Positions 45,214 to 46,425 of a DNA stretch of 46,425 nt are shown here, piece after piece; the stretch's first letter is position 1; each line of letters opens with the position of its first letter. The stretch is taken from contig VGRE01000003.1 in NCBI GenBank assembly GCA_016875435.1, positions 1 to 46,425 on the forward strand. Direction: 5' to 3'. The position numbers were made by a program, and so were the translations under genes. The notes beneath the pieces were generated by a model. The model ran no database searches. It was not told the DNA's origin and worked only from the letters and a program-made list of their open reading frames with translations. This stretch comes from Deltaproteobacteria bacterium (GTDB taxonomy: Bacteria > Myxococcota_A > UBA796 > SXON01).

Positions 45214-46425
45214 TCAGGGGCCGCCGAGGAAGATCCAGATGGTGCCGGGGTGCTCGTCGTTGCTGAGTCGCGTGCTCAGTGCGAGGTCGTCGTAGCCGTC
45301 GCCGTTGGTATCTCCGGCCGCGACATCGTAGCCAACGTACTCCTTGTACTCGCTGCCCACGATCACCGCGTTGTCGCCCTCGCCCGGCGATCGGGTGCCG
45401 GCGAAGGGGCCGTACGCCACGTAGATGCGACCCTCGTCGCCATCGACGATGTCGGCGTTGTTGTCGCCAAGGGCGAAGTCCAAGCACCCGTCGCCGTTGG
45501 CGTCGAGCGCCACTGGGCCACGCAGCGACATGTAGCCATCGTAGGGGGTTTGCACGAGCGGGGTGGCGGTGGCCAGCGAGAGCCCGGCGGCCTCTGGCTC
45601 CACCACGAGCATGCCCCACCAGTCCCCGGAGTCCTCGTTCCAGTCGCCCACGACCACGAGGTCCTGGGTGCCGTCACCGTCGATGTCGACGAGCGCCGAC
45701 GAACTGCGGATCCACGGCCCCTCGTAGTCCTCGTCGAACTCGAAGGACGCGAGGCGGACGTCCGGCGAGCGATAGCCATCTGCAGCCTCGAAGGGGCCGA
45801 AGTAGAGGTCGGCCACGGAGTCCTCGACGAGCAGCAACTCGTCGTTGCCGTCGCCGTCGCCGTCGAGATCGCCGGCGTCAAGCGCGTTCGCACCGTCACA
45901 ATCGCTCGGGTAGCCCAGGGCGGCGTCGGGACCGAGGCCGTAGGCCTCCGCCGTGCCGACGGCGCCCGTCCAGGTGGCCGGCACCAGCCACACGCCGGCG
46001 CCGCACCAGTCGTAGTCCTCGTACCAGGTGCCGGCCACGGCGATGTCGCCCCCGGACTCGCCCGGGATCGCCTCGACCTGGAGGTCGTCGGCAATGCCGC
46101 CCGCGTAGTCCGAGGGCACGTCGAAGTCGATGGTGAGGTCGGCGTCTGCGGTGACCAGGCCGTACCTGGACTCGAGGAAGAGGTAGGCGCGAAGTGGGTA
46201 CGGCTCCTCGAGCGAGTAGCCCTCTGCGAGCATCTGGGAGTGATCATCGACTACCAGTTGGACCGGCCAAGCGTAGGAAACGTGCTCGCCGGGGGCGGCC
46301 GCGAGCAGGACGTCGGCCTCCCACTCGTACGCCTGCTCCGGTTGGAGGGGACCTCCGGCCGCGAGCACGCGGTTCTCGTCGCCGCAGTCCGCGTCCGTCC
46401 AGACGTCGCCAAGCCCGTCACCATC
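45214..46425 (-). CDS. C-terminal part of an FG-GAP repeat surface protein (partial, starts beyond the window)
   Basis: Frame is open from 46425 (DGDGLGDVW...); AGDLDGDG, DIDGDG..DLVV, DANGDG..DFALG, GDTNGDGYDDLA. Confidence 0.85.
   Translation of the reverse strand, partial: DGDGLGDVWTDADCGDENRVLAAGGPLQPEQAYEWEADVLLAAAPGEHVSYAWPVQLVVDDHSQMLAEGYSLEEPYPLRAYLFLESRYGLVTADADLTIDFDVPSDYAGGIADDLQVEAIPGESGGDIAVAGTWYEDYDWCGAGVWLVPATWTGAVGTAEAYGLGPDAALGYPSDCDGANALDAGDLDGDGDGNDELLLVEDSVADLYFGPFEAADGYRSPDVRLASFEFDEDYEGPWIRSSSALVDIDGDGTQDLVVVGDWNEDSGDWWGMLVVEPEAAGLSLATATPLVQTPYDGYMSLRGPVALDANGDGCLDFALGDNNADIVDGDEGRIYVAYGPFAGTRSPGEGDNAVIVGSEYKEYVGYDVAAGDTNGDGYDDLALSTRLSNDEHPGTIWIFLGGP

Overview
This is a very GC-rich (roughly 70% by eye), gene-dense bacterial chromosomal segment with about 40 credible CDS. 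It is most consistent with a Myxococcota-like (deltaproteobacterial) organism, judging by MopE-like Cys/Asp repeat and FG-GAP surface lipoproteins, a CglB-like VWA lipoprotein, pilH/pilI/pilD and a CorSR/CuoA-like copper module. Housekeeping and metabolic genes include a fused 2-oxoacid dehydrogenase E1, a divergent class I HMG-CoA reductase, tdh, kbl, metG, elbB, an Ate/Bpt transferase, an enoyl-CoA hydratase, an SDR and a CPA2 antiporter. These are interleaved with many very acidic exported proteins. I found no rRNA, tRNA, CRISPR array, transposase or integrase. The most striking window-wide signals are: (1) many exported proteins begin with an ultrashort, uncharged 6-9 aa hydrophobic leader plus a lipobox Cys (MWLFLAC, MLLLLLAC, MLILLLAC, MLLLALAC, MLFLVVFAC), usually followed by a D-(T/S)-(A/G/D) acidic tether; (2) many genes have a TAnnnT -10 box exactly 6-7 nt before the start codon and no SD, i.e. 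apparent pervasive leaderless transcription, which independently supports those short N-termini; (3) a radical SAM gene lacks its SPASM domain while a free-standing SPASM gene sits in an ate-SPASM-pilH-pilI-DegT-pilD operon, suggesting an undescribed pilus/surface modification pathway. All family assignments come from motif recognition, not database searches.
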